The notes under the pieces were generated by a model. That model did no database searches. It worked only from the letters and a program-made list of their open reading frames with translations, and was not told the DNA's origin. From assembly GCA_053919585.1 (NCBI GenBank), contig CM132796.1: a stretch of 64,000 nucleotides of DNA. One strand, given 5' to 3'. The DNA is from Euprymna scolopes (taxonomy: Eukaryota). A program made the position numbers and the translations under genes. The stretch's first letter is position 1, and each line of letters begins with the position of its first letter. Of the stretch, positions 12,436 to 26,790 are shown piece by piece.

Positions 12436-14689
12436 ATAATATGCAACACACAAATCCAACTAGGAATTCCAATCATACAAACTACCCCGCAACCCATAAC
12501 ACTCATATTTATAAACAATAAAACGTTTCTAAACCAAACCAGTGTCCGATACAGGAATGTAAACTCTTCCTTGCCAAAATTGTCATCATAGACATGTTGA
12601 TTAAACTCAGAATTGGAATAAAGGAGAAATGAACATAAGAGAGACCTAAGCGATTCTTTAATTGCATTTCCTCTTATTTATTGAAGCATAAACATACATT
12701 TCACTTGTAACAAGCAAAACAATTAAATTTATTTTAAATAAACTGCGCCGGACACTGGAATCAGCGCATATTACAAATTCATGTGCAATCGAACAAAGTA
12801 GAAATATCTATTCCGTAACGCCATTAATAAGTTAATTTATATTCAAAGAACATAATTTAATTGTAGACGCAGGTTAACCCTCTCACACTATCGAAACACC
12901 TCCTATAATAATACATGTAATCCTAATCAATATATTAGATAACAAAACCACACTCAGTTTATTTCAGTTACACACCTATATTTAATTTTTACGGAAATAT
13001 TTTGTCCAGAAAGAATATTCACTGCGTTCATATCTCTTAAAAAATCCTATATGAATTTATTACAAATAACCCTGTATTTTTAAGTTCCCGACACTTTATT
13101 TCATTTCTAAAAGGAAAGGCCTCACAACTTTCACAAGCAAATTTTCAAATATTTGTACGGGTGTTTTAGTTTTCTTTATTTTATTAAAATAGAGGAAATC
13201 TCGCAATAAAAATAGTTGATGGGCACATAACTGTGCATTTGTGTTTCTCTATATATAAGCATGGAACCTAGAAATCAATTAGTTGTAGGGGTCTGCAAAC
13301 ACCCTTATTATAATCAATATCCACTGACAATTTCCGGTCATATAAATCTACTTGCCAAACGTTAGGTTGGTCACATTTTAGCTTTAAATCACAGTTAAGT
13401 TATTCTGCCATAAAGCATTTTAAAAAGCCTATACCAAAATTGCCCACGTGTCTTCAACACTACCCTTATCGTCCTTCACAATTATATATCGGATATAATC
13501 CTGACAAGGGAGGATGCTCAATTCAATGCGATTATTCACCACACTGTTTAGACAATGTTCCTGAAATCTGAGAGTGAGCCGAACCTTACAGTTCAAACAA
13601 GTACGTAATTTCGCAATGACACGTAAATTTAATTTCTGGGCGAAACATTAACTGGAATATGGAGAGGTATTAAAAATATTAAAAATAATTGTATGGATAT
13701 ATAGGGATTTGTGAAAATGCGTGTCACGTGTTTTAACGTCAATCTTAAGCATACACATTTAGAGGGTTGCTTCCCATTTTTTCAGTGCAAAAACCTTTTT
13801 TTCTTCTTAAATATATACAAAAACTAAATGAATGCATCTAAAACGTAACGTTGTAACCAAATCTGTAAGATGAAGAAACCGAAAGCACCAAGTTTATGCC
13901 GTGCAAATCAAACAAAAGCGAAAATATTGTCCGATGAGATGTAGGTGCCGTATTTGAGATCCATTAAGCACCTTAAAATAGACACACTAACAGTTTCTAA
14001 TCGTAATTTCCTACATATCGAAGATAAGCCACACTTAGTGGATTTATTATTGGTTCCGGACAAAAGGATGGTTGACAGAACGGATTTTTCGGGAAACATG
14101 CTTGTGCCCCTCTGAGGATGCATTTCACGTTAAAATACCTAAAAGTGACAATCGTTTGCTTATTATAAAAAAAATTGGTTCCAGTAAATTTTTATTAAAC
14201 TCTCTTAAAGTTTGTGACTTACTGATATCTATATAATATTGTTTGCCTACACTTTGTGATAACACTTGGGTGTTCCGCGGGGGCTGTTTCAGGGTTAATA
14301 AAAGGACTCCACTTTTTTTACTGTTTACCACGTTTGTCCCAAATTCTCTGTTTACGTCTATTTAAAATTTTTTCATGGTGCTGAACTCATATTCAAATAT
14401 ATTAAGGCCGTGTGTATGTGTGGGGCTAAATAAAGTGGGCATATGAAGAACTTTGTAGTTTTATTTTCCTAGTGCAGAACGGAAATGTACATATATTAGG
14501 GCCTATAACTGCACCTCTCCTTCATTTTCACCAGAAGTTGACCTCCACTGGGGAAGAGAGATGTTGTGTTGATAAAACTATCAGTGGTGGCGTAACCTAA
14601 AATTTACTAACCCCATTTATGTGAGAATGTAAAATCCAAATATTGATAATAACGTCGTAAATGAGGCTGGGACATCTTGCGATCGTCTC

Positions 14690-17600
14690 ACGCCGGTACG
14701 TGTCACACTGGTCAACAGGGTAGGTCCTGCCGTCAAAATACAAATGTGCGAATTTCTGAGGATGTGGCTGCATATAGGGGGAGTGAGAATTGCCAAAGAG
14801 GATCACAAGACATGAAGGGGGTTGGAACGTAAATGTCAAAATAACATGGACGGATGAAGAAAAAGGCGTACTGTGTGAATGCTTTGTAAGAAGTCGAAGT
14901 ACCCAATCTAGTGTATATTTCCGAAAAGTGAGAGAAAGAATGGGAATCGAGAACAGGAGTTAGAAGTGTCGAGAGTTTGATATCCCAGTAAAAAAAAAAT
15001 TAAAATAAAAAACCTACTTTCAGTGATTGCAAGAGAAGAGAAGTGGAATGAATAACGAAAGTACAATTGATTAAACTAACTCTGATGAAAGAACCAAGAT
15101 TGTGGAAGTGCAGAAGGGAAATGTAAGAGATAGTGGGAGTCGGACAACTGGGGAGGAATGGAATCCTATGGTTAGGGGAAGTAATGAGAAGGAGAATGAA
15201 GGATCTAAAGTACATGAGATCATTGACTCTAAGAAAACGGAAAAAGTGGAAAAAGTATATGTATAGAGAAGTAGTGATTAATTTTGAACTCGGACTTCTG
15301 TAGAAAAAGAAATTATTCAGAAGTTAAGAGAGGTTCTTCTTAGAGACGATATCATAGTTATTCCAAGCATGAAGAGTAATGATAGACGGTAGGTGAAACG
15401 CGAGGTAAAATAATTCAAGGAGTAATTCACAACATCATAAGAAAGATCCTATCGATTACGGAACTTAAATTTATTCTGTATGAAGCGTCATATTTTATTG
15501 CGAATCGTATTCGCTTAATACAGAAGAAAAATAAAAATGTAGGATAGAAGGTCATACTGGCAGAGGCAGCTGAAGAAGTATTAAACAGTGACGGAAAGAC
15601 ATTGCTAGAATAAGAGTAATAAGAAAATGAGTTAAACTAGGACAGAAAGCCAAGGGCGAGCTTGGAATGGTGTATAGATTGCTGGAAAAGGGCATGAAGA
15701 GCGTTCTAACAATGTTGAAAGAGAAGATCAACACTGGCGGTATTAAAATTCAAAAGTTTGTTGGAAAACGTTTTGCGGTTCGGCAGAACAACCTTTTCCT
15801 GAACAATAAGTCTCAGCTGTATAAAGAATTAAATCGTAGTAAATTGGCGGGAAATAACAACATGCCAAATGCGAAAGATGCCAGGAAGATCTACAGTGGG
15901 ATTTTGTCCGTCGAAGCGCGATATAATGAGAAGGCTAGCTGGTTGGGAGATGTCAGAGAAAGGTTATAACGAATGCAGCAGATGAAGAACGTTGAGATAA
16001 CCAGTGATGACTTGAAGGCTGGCATACGAAGGATGACAAACTGGAAGGCACCTGGTCCAGATGAAGTGATGGGATTCTGGTTTAAACCGTTCGAATGCAT
16101 TTATCAACATATAGCTGCTGCCATGCAAAGGGTCGTAGAGTCGGGACATTCCCCTAATTGGCTTGTAAAGGAAAGGAAAACACTGATTAGGAAAGATCCT
16201 ACAAAGAGAACAGATACCAATAATTATAGACAAATTACATGTTTATCATTAATGAGGAAACTGTTCACTGGAATATTTGCAGACAAATTCACGAACAACT
16301 TGTGAGTAATAATGTTTTTTCTGATTAACAAAAAAAGGTGTCGGAAAAGGCTCGAGAGGTATCAAGGAGCAACTACTGATTGATAAAGTTTGAATGAAAG
16401 GAAGAAGAGGAATCTGAGTGTAATTATGATCGATTAAAGAAAGACTTTTGACATGGTTTTTCATTCATGTATACATGAAACACTATTGTAATGAAAGCTG
16501 CTGAGAATGTGCTAGGGATTTGGGAGACAAGTATGTATCAGTGGTAAACGGTGCTGACAACAAACAGAGAGGTGATGGGGTAGGCTGACATTAAACATGG
16601 AATATTCCAAGGATATTCGTTATCTTCACCTCTTTTTGTAATAGAAAATATTGCCACTGAGCACCCTCTTGAAGAGAGAAATAACTTTGGATCTGGTGAC
16701 AGACGCCTCAACATCTAATGTTTATGGATGATTTGAAGATGTTCGGTAGAAATGAAAAAAATAGAGAGACAGGTAGAACTTGTAAGGACATACTCAGAAG
16801 CCATCGGGATGGAGTTTGGGGTTAGCGAATGTGTGGTGCTGGTGATGAAAAGAGGAGTAAAAGTTCATTTGAATGAAATTGTGCTGCTAAATGGAGAAAT
16901 CATGAAAGAAATAGAAGATAGTTGGCTTAACTATTTGGGAGTGTTGGAAGGTGTAGGCATCATGAACAGAGGAATGCAGGAGAAAGTCAGGAAGGAGTAT
17001 CTTAGAAGAGTGAAACTAATTGCAAAGTAAAACCTGTATGGAGTCAACCTAATGAAAGCAGTGAATACATTGTCAGTCAGTGTTGTGAGATACAGTGCGG
17101 GAATGTTATAATGATTTGACAAAGAGTTGCATGACATGGATATAAAAACAAAAGCAGTTTTAGAAATGTTTGTTATATTTCACATCTGAAGTAGAGTAGA
17201 AAGGCTGTATCACATGAAGAAAGACAGTGAGAGAGAATTTAAAAGTGTAAAAGATTATGTTAGAACCGAGGAGAGGTCGTTGAGGGAGCATGTGGTTAAA
17301 AGTGAAGAGTGGCTGTTTAAGTTTGTGGCCAATGAAGTGGAGGTAAATTAGACCAAGTCTAATAATGTGAAACGTGTAGATAGAGAAAGGGCAGAGGAAC
17401 TGACTAGGAAGAAAATGCATGGAAGATCTTTTAGAATATAGCAGAAGTGGCTGATGATAGAGCATGACAATTGCGAAGATCTGGGTGTATGGCTAAGCGT
17501 ACTAAAGCGTTTCTTTGTGCAGCACAGGAGCATGCAAATAGGAACACGATTGTTCCAAAAAGTGGTTCTAAGAGACAAAAGTTGCTGCAGAATGCCGGAT

Positions 17601-18165
17601 TTGTGGTAAGACCTCAGAGTCAATTGCACACCTAGCAGCAGGTTGTAGTGGGCTGTCCCAGAGAGAGTACCGCAAAAGACACGTTCGCTTGGGTTATATT
17701 GGTAGTTGTGGAAGAAGTTTGAGGTGAAATGTGCTAGAAAATTGTTTGAGCAGGTGCCTGATGAAGAGAGCACAAGTGAGGATGAGAAAGTAAAGGTCTG
17801 GTGGTGCAACTGTGGCATAACTACCCAGCAATTGGAACATACTCGTCCGGATTTGGTCGACATTGGCATAGTCTGAAACAACTGGCAGATTGTCGACTTT
17901 TCAGTGCCCTGGGACAGGATTGTGAACGAGAAAGATAACGAGAAGTGGAGTAATTATGCTTCAACGTCGTTGGAGATAAGACGTATACACGGGGTCAAAG
18001 CATGAATAATACCGGTAGTAGTTGGTACACTAGGAGTAGTATCAAGTCGTCTGGAAGGAAAATTTAAGAAACTACAAATCCCTTATATTTAAGGTGACCT
18101 TCAGTCCGATGATATTGTAGGTACCACAAACATCATTAGAAAATCCTTTGATCTTAAAGTTTCCA
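14690..18165 (+). mobile_element. Near full-length decayed R4/Dong-like non-LTR retrotransposon (single ORF, RT plus restriction-like endonuclease)
   Basis: Colinear motifs: WTDEEKGVLCECF, NWKAPGPD..GFWFK, NYRQITCL, KGSRGIKEQLLID, GIFQGYSLS, LMFMDDLKMF, IGMEFG...C, YLGV, EYLRRVKLI, NLMKAVNT..VSVVRYSAG, RPDLV, IVDFSVPWD, IIPVVVGTLG. There are many stops and frameshifts. Confidence 0.85.
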
Positions 18166-18654
18166 GCAATACGTTGATAAANNNNNNNNNNNNNNNNNNN
18201 NNNNNNNNNNNNNNNNNNNNNNNNNNNNNNNNNNNNNNNNNNNNNNNNNNNNNNNNNNNNNNNNNNNNNNNNNNNNNNNNNNNNNNNNNNNNNNNNNNNN
18301 NNNNNNNNNNNNNNNNNNNNNNNNNNNNNNCTTTCGTCTAATTACAAGAAGCAAAGCAATAAAAATACGAATGCAAAATTGATTGACAGCGCAAATATTC
18401 GAGAACATATCAATAGATACAAAATACTTTACAGTAAAATGATAAGTTGAATAATCTAATCGATTTATTCAATAACAATTAAATTAATACCAAATAACAT
18501 CGCAGACAAACACTTATTGCAACGTAGAATTAACATACTTATGCGAACTGATGTTAAACGCTTCACCCACATTTTTCTGAGATTTCCCTAACGAATAAAA
18601 AACATAGACACAGACAAAATAATATTGCTGCTTTTTAAAGACATTAACGACAAC

Positions 18655-18657
<3 letters not shown>

Positions 18658-18741
<84 letters not shown>
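18658..18741. repeat. (TA)n microsatellite
   Basis: Direct observation. Similar runs occur at about 1457, 20188, 23432, 24964, 26654, 36588, 39404, 43502, 53088, 53927 and 62364. Confidence 0.95.
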
Positions 18742-18743
<2 letters not shown>

Positions 18744-19059
18744 AATTAGATATCAATCTGAATGCAGGTATATGCATAGAGTGTATTCTTTCGAGAAAGT
18801 AGTTAATGAGCGAATCAAACATTAATTCACTCGGTATTAAAATAAAAACATTGACAGTAAATATCAGTACGTTAGTCCATGTACGAACTAAAGTGGTATT
18901 TCTATTTTGTATTGATTCATATACGTTCTATCTCTTGGAGATTGTGTCCTTTTATTAAGTTGATAATAATAGCTTGCTGAATTTTTCAATTTGGATTTTT
19001 ATGCTGCATTTTGAAATTCGTTTTCGAGGAAAAGCTTTTAATTAATACATAATTGTAAT

Positions 19060-20145
19060 AAGTGTGTTCGGTATAATCGTTTGAATCGTTATCCTTTTAA
19101 TACAGTTTGGTTTTATTTTTTGAAATCCTGTTTTCCTTTTAGAAATAAAACACACGTGCATTTTCAATTCAAGCTAGGTTGAACTCTCTTAAAAAAAGCT
19201 AGGTATATAAACGAAGCGTTTATCCTAGTAACTACTAATGAACGCACAGCACAATGGTGATTTAAGGAATGCGCCTGCGGCGAATAGACTTCTAAAGTTA
19301 ATGTGCTTAGTTGTTTACAACGATCAATTAAGAGCCTTAGTCAAAGGTAATCTACGCACAATAATCGGTGAACTTGTTTCGGAATTAGGCCATTTCCAAC
19401 AACTTGAGAGGGATTAGAAGCAAAAAAAAAATGTGCCCAACGGAGTGAACGACGACTAAACGAAAAGCCGTTATAAAGTGTCATATTCTCTTCTTTTACT
19501 CAACAAGAACGGCGCCTGTCTCGATCGTGTTGTGACTTGCGGTTAGATTTATATATTGACGAAAACAAGCGATGCTCAGCTTTGCGGTTCTTTGTCGAGA
19601 AATTTCCACTACACATCCCGAAACCAGACTTGTAGCAAAAAAAAAAAAAAGGTAATGCTAATTGTTTCGTTATCTACGACCGGTTTTACTAATTGTCGTT
19701 TTTTAATGCAGTTGAAACTATTACAGCGGGGGAGTACTACAAACAATGCATTGAATGGCCGAGGAACATCGAACACATAAAGCATTAGTAAAGAGAAAAG
19801 ATCGAATTAGTCCACGCTGACGTTGCTAAACCAATCCTGCAGAAGATGGACGAATTCGCCTACAAATACATGCCCCCGCAGTCATACTCTCCAGACATCT
19901 CCCTTACTGACTATAATACTTCAAGCATGCTGATACATTTCTGCGTGAGAAATGCTTCAAACAACCTAAGCGATATCAACAACGTCTTTCAAAGCTTGAT
20001 CGCTACCAGAATGCAAGTTTGTTACGTTAATTTGCATACATACCGTTGGATTTTTTTTTTATTCTCGTAGGGTGTATTACGACCAATAAAGCTGTGCTTG
20101 TGCCCAAATATGAATTTAAATGTGTTTTTTTTTTAAATTTTGCAA
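19060..20145 (+). mobile_element. Highly decayed mariner (DD34D-type) transposon
   Basis: LQKMDEFAYKYMPPQSYSPDISLTDY matches the mariner LPHPPYSPDLAPSDY motif. KKKVMLIV..ST lies upstream. Confidence 0.65.
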
Positions 20146-20185
20146 AACCATGATTGCTATTAATATATATTTTTAAAAATGCCAG

Positions 20186-20270
<85 letters not shown>

Positions 20271-21091
20271 TATCACAAAAATAAAGTTTTGAATAACTTC
20301 AATGGACACTTTCTTCTCCGCCCACGCAGTGTTCTTTTTATTATTTTGTCCATCCCGCTATGTTGCGAACATTTCCAAATGTGTATATGTGCTGCTTCGG
20401 CTACTGCTGCTAATATCCTCGCAAGCCAGCTATTTTTGAGTTACTTCTGATATATTCCTACGCATTAACACACGCCCTGTTAAAGTATATGCGATATTTT
20501 GTGCAAACCGGTTGATATTTCTGTAAAGAGTTACTCAGTTAAGGTTGTTAGAAATATAGGCATTTAATTTCTGGGAACAAGTCAATTCAGATATTGCATG
20601 GATAGTAATCTATGAAAGCATATTTATTACAAGGTAGCTGCTAAGTTTTTGGTCAAATCATTGAAAACAATAAAGTACCGACCATACGATTCAAAGTTTT
20701 TAACATTTGTTTTTGCCTATGCAACGTTTACACTGTTTTCGAAAAAAGAAGAAAACGTAAAAATGTTCCGTACTTTTTTTTATTCGTTGTTTTGTTTTGG
20801 GAATTATGCAGTGAAATGGCGATTAAATTCTATTTATTAAAGTCACATTGAAACGAAACACATTTCTTATTTTCATTCATTGTTAACATATTCTTAACAA
20901 GTACATAGTAGTTAAAAATTATAACTTATTAGTAGTTGTTATCTAAAGTCGAGTTGTTGGTGTTGTGTTTATCTTGCTAGGCTATAAAGTTCACTCGCTA
21001 ATCTTTCGCTAAAATTTGTGCTCGGTTCCATTATTTTTTTTTACATTGTTCGCGCCCGCCGCCTTACGTACGACGGTCTTTTTTACATAGG

Positions 21092-21200
21092 TACCACAGC
21101 TTATCAAGGTCCAGGGGGTCATTCAGGGATAAGTGTTTAAGAGTGTACAGTAGTCAGTTGGACAATATAGTAATTGTCAGTAATGGAAATTCAATTTTTT
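21092..21200 (-). repeat. LINE-3'-tail-like dispersed repeat
   Basis: Reverse complement similar to 12300-12435. Also similar to 48750-48850 in the same orientation. Confidence 0.6.
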
Positions 21201-22278
21201 TTATACCTGATCAAGAACTTATTTTCATTTGACTTGAAGACAATCATATTGTAGTCAGCTTGAAAATAAGAAAAATGAACGACAGTTTAACAAGCGTGTA
21301 GTTCTAAGAAAGAAGCTTTGCCCATGGAATATACGTTAATCTTAGGCACAGAAAAAGAGTGGGGAATATAATGGATGGATGGCAGGCTCCCACCATTTTT
21401 CCAGCGGCTTTGGCAACATATTTGACGTACGTGTTTTTGTCAAGATTGCCCAAGAGATAGATTGTTTAAGATTTTTAATGACAAAATGTCCCACCCCTCA
21501 CAAAATATTAGTTTCAGGTAAAATAAAAATCTTAACGGTAATACGTTTAATTAAAACTTTATTCAAATCCAGTACAGTTTGTGCTGTGAGGACTGAAGAT
21601 TGCAATTTTTGAAAAATAATTTTATTATACGTGTGAAGTGTAAAAAATTCTACTTCCAGAAAAATCTTTTCAATTGTAAAACAACAACAAATATTTAATG
21701 GAAATCACTTGTATTAACTCCCCTAAAAATCTAGAATAGTTCTGTCATGGAAATGTATTTTACATGTGAAAAATACAGCTATCTTGAATTCTAACATTTA
21801 ATTTTCTTGTGTTCTCGTCTGCTTGACGATTTTCTAGAATATCTATAAGAGGGGGGGGTACAAAGCAAGATAAGTGGCTCCGTTACAAAGTAAGAGAGTG
21901 TATTTTATTTTAAAATGAAACAATTTAAATTTTCGGATAACATGAAAATTACAATTTAAACATAAAGAATAATTAAATATGACAGTAATTAATTTTCAAT
22001 TCAGGAGACACTGTTTTTCTGCCTTATGCTAGTAGCCTGAGTTGTTATTTTTTATATTGCATTCTAAATTCCTCATCTTTTATTCAGAAATTTATTTTAG
22101 AAGACACATAAACTTTAATCAAATAGGAAATGAGCCGACACGTGATCTCACGTACAAGTGGTAAATGTTTAGAATCTACTATATATGTTGCTGCCCAATT
22201 AATCTTTTATACACGTACACCGAAATTAATGAAGACATGTACCAGTTCATGTCACATATAGATGTGAAAGATTTGAAA

Positions 22279-23429
22279 GCGTTGCCCGGGTGTTTGTAGG
22301 GGTGTGTGGTGTTAAATAAAAACAGAAGCCGGGGGGGAGGGGGAAGGATCGAAGCAGAACCCCTGAGGCGAAGTTTGAAAATAAAATCGGCCAGCCAGCA
22401 GTGAAAGATGTTTGAAAGTCGTTGAGCGTTACGTCGACGACAATGACGATGTAAGCATTGTTATAAGCGATGTAAGAAAAGAAAACAACGTTTTAATTTT
22501 GCGGGGGGGTAAACACACACAAAAAAAAATAACGTAAGGCAAACGAACGAACGTCACGTGAAAATGGCTTCAATAATACAGGGTTCAATATTTAACTTTA
22601 AAAAATCGAAAAAAAAACATCTCACACCACGATTCGAACCCAAAACGTTTAGATAATTAACCAATGCCTTAACTATCTGCGGTAAAGCAGCGTATATAAA
22701 GTTTGTTCGGTTTATCAACTATTTAAAGTAAATCAGGTCACGACGTCATTACGTCATCTGACGCATGCGTTGTTGACCCTCCCCGCTGTTGAATCTGTCT
22801 AGACATATTTCTCTCTCCCTCTCTCTCTCATTTCGTCTGCCTTACTCTAAGGACTGGGATATGGTGTCTGGCTGTTTTTATTACAAAAAAAAAAAACTTC
22901 GATCGTTAGTATTTTTTGTAAGCGTATTTTTTTTTTTACTTCACTTTTTTTTTTACTTCATTTTTCGTTTAACTAACGTGTCTACCTATTTTGAATGTGG
23001 TAATAACTTTGGTAACGTTGCCATAGCGTAGAAGTTCATAGTTTAGCTTTAATTATTTTTTTACCGATAACAACATTTTTAAATTGTAAATTCAGACCGC
23101 AATTAGAGGTTGCTGACGTCAAGATCACGTGACATGACTCAGCGGGTTTTAAATACAGGTTGACGGCCGCGTGTATACTTTACGTAGAAGAGTTGGCGGC
23201 CGTATTTTTGGGGTAGTTATAAATCGATTTAAAAATATGTAATGTTTAACTTTAAAAAGTCACTTTTTGGGGGCCCTCTGCAGAAAATCGATCAGTTGAC
23301 GCACTTCTGGTGGGCACTTTGGGCAAATTTTTCGATATTGTTCGTCCAGAAGTCTGTGAATTTTTGTTGTGTCTGTCGAAAGTTTTTAGCAGACACACAA
23401 ACATACAAACAAACGCACATACATTTTCG

Positions 23430-23445
<16 letters not shown>
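22279..23445 (-). mobile_element. Non-autonomous Helitron copy (3' CTAG end lost, extra internal segment)
   Basis: 22279-22780 and 23350-23440 are reverse-complement homologs of the two ends of 42382-43321, including half of the terminal hairpin (cccgggcaac). Confidence 0.75.
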
Positions 23446-23488
<43 letters not shown>

Positions 23489-23499
23489 CAAAACAATGC

Positions 23500-24262
23500 C
23501 CAGTTTCGTTTAATTTAATTGGAAAACGACATCATGAACAATTCCTAATTAAATGAAATTGTTTTTATTGTTATACTACTTTTGATAAGCATATCTTACA
23601 TGGTATATTCACTGAATTTACTTGGATTGTATGAGATTTTGTAAAGTTTTGACTTCGCTTCTATTTAAGTGCCAAAACTGTGCTTATACAAAAAGCCCAG
23701 TCACAAGTAGGCCGATCGTTTGATATGTTTCCAATCAATTTTCTTTTAGATTAAGCAGACTACATGAAAGTGGCCCGTTTTCTCTAATCCTTTTCTTTAC
23801 GACGAACTGTCACCCCAAGAAAAAATAATACTTTTTCAACAATATAGCGCTATATGCGACACTTCTCACAGATTACTGACACGAGTTCATTGCATGTTTA
23901 CGGAAGAGAGAACAGTAATGAAAGGTGTCTAGCCACTACAATCCTAAGTAATTGTCATCATGTGATTTAAAAAAAAATCTTGAGGGAGTTTAAAACAGAC
24001 ACTTAGGCAAATGATCCTCACACTGTAGACCAACTAAAGGAGAACGTTACTAACGCAATATGGAGAATCGCCATCGAAGATCTGCCTGCAGTATCTGCAA
24101 ACGTTTTACCTGTCCTAAACGCATAGATGTAAACATAAAGCACTTGCACCAGCTTTTACAACATACAATGTAATTTACACAATGCTACAGGTAATTTAAA
24201 CAATAAATGATTGTTCATTTTTCTACTACATTTCCTGGTTTATTCTACAAATACAACCCTGT
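23500..24262 (+). mobile_element. Possible very old Tc1/mariner-superfamily relic
   Basis: Degenerate transposase C-terminus-like reading (...TVDQLKENVTNAIWRIA...KHLHQLL) and an end in caaccctg|ta. Confidence 0.35.
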
Positions 24263-24961
24263 ATGGACTCTACAGCAATGGATACATGGTATTTGAGTAA
24301 AATATTAAGAAACAATTGTAATGTTAGCCATAATTGTGTCTCGTGTTTGGAATAAATTTGACTTAGTTGGTGTAAATGTCTTGCGATATACGTTCAAAAT
24401 ATCTTGAAAAAAAGTATATCCAAGTAACTTTACGTTAGAGTTGTAGAGGTAAAATTCCGAGGCTTTACTGCTAGGGTATGTGATATGTGTTTACGGAATG
24501 TACGAATTAATTATCAAAATTCCACTCAGCTCCCGAATGCCTCCAATTTTGTTCAATTAAAGTAACGAAGTATTTCTCGCCATTGGTGTCAGTTAACATG
24601 GTAAATTTAGCATCACTTGTGTTGTAGATGTAAAGCCTGAAATACTTTATCTCTACTTGGGGATCTTTAATAATCAACCAAAGAGGTATATGTTCCAAGT
24701 ATACTGCAGAGTTGGAATGTATTAATTGACTCCAATTGTTAGATGTTATTCTATAGACAGATTATAGTCTTGATGAATGTATTAAGCGCGGCATTCGTAT
24801 AATCAGCTAACCCTATAACATTAAACAATTGCAACAATATTTCGTATCCGACGAACAGTTACACCTATGGTTTTAAAATCATAAATGGCACTATCTTTAT
24901 ATAGTGTCCTGGATCTCCAATTCCTCCGAAGCAATCTGGAACTGTATATGCACAAACGAGG

Positions 24962-26725
<1,764 letters not shown>

Positions 26726-26729
26726 CGAT

Positions 26730-26790
26730 ATCACCACTTATCAAGGCCAGGAAACCACTCAGGTATAAAGGTTATTGCAATGTAACAACC
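26730..26790 (-). repeat. LINE-3'-tail-like repeat fragment
   Basis: caccacttatcaaggcc...actcaggtataaaggttattgc is a reverse-complement match to the 2196-2245 tail. Confidence 0.55.

Noticed and set aside
22615-22695. Functional tRNA gene
   Set aside because: Only A/B-box-like words are present. There is no convincing acceptor or anticodon stem, and it lies inside a Helitron.
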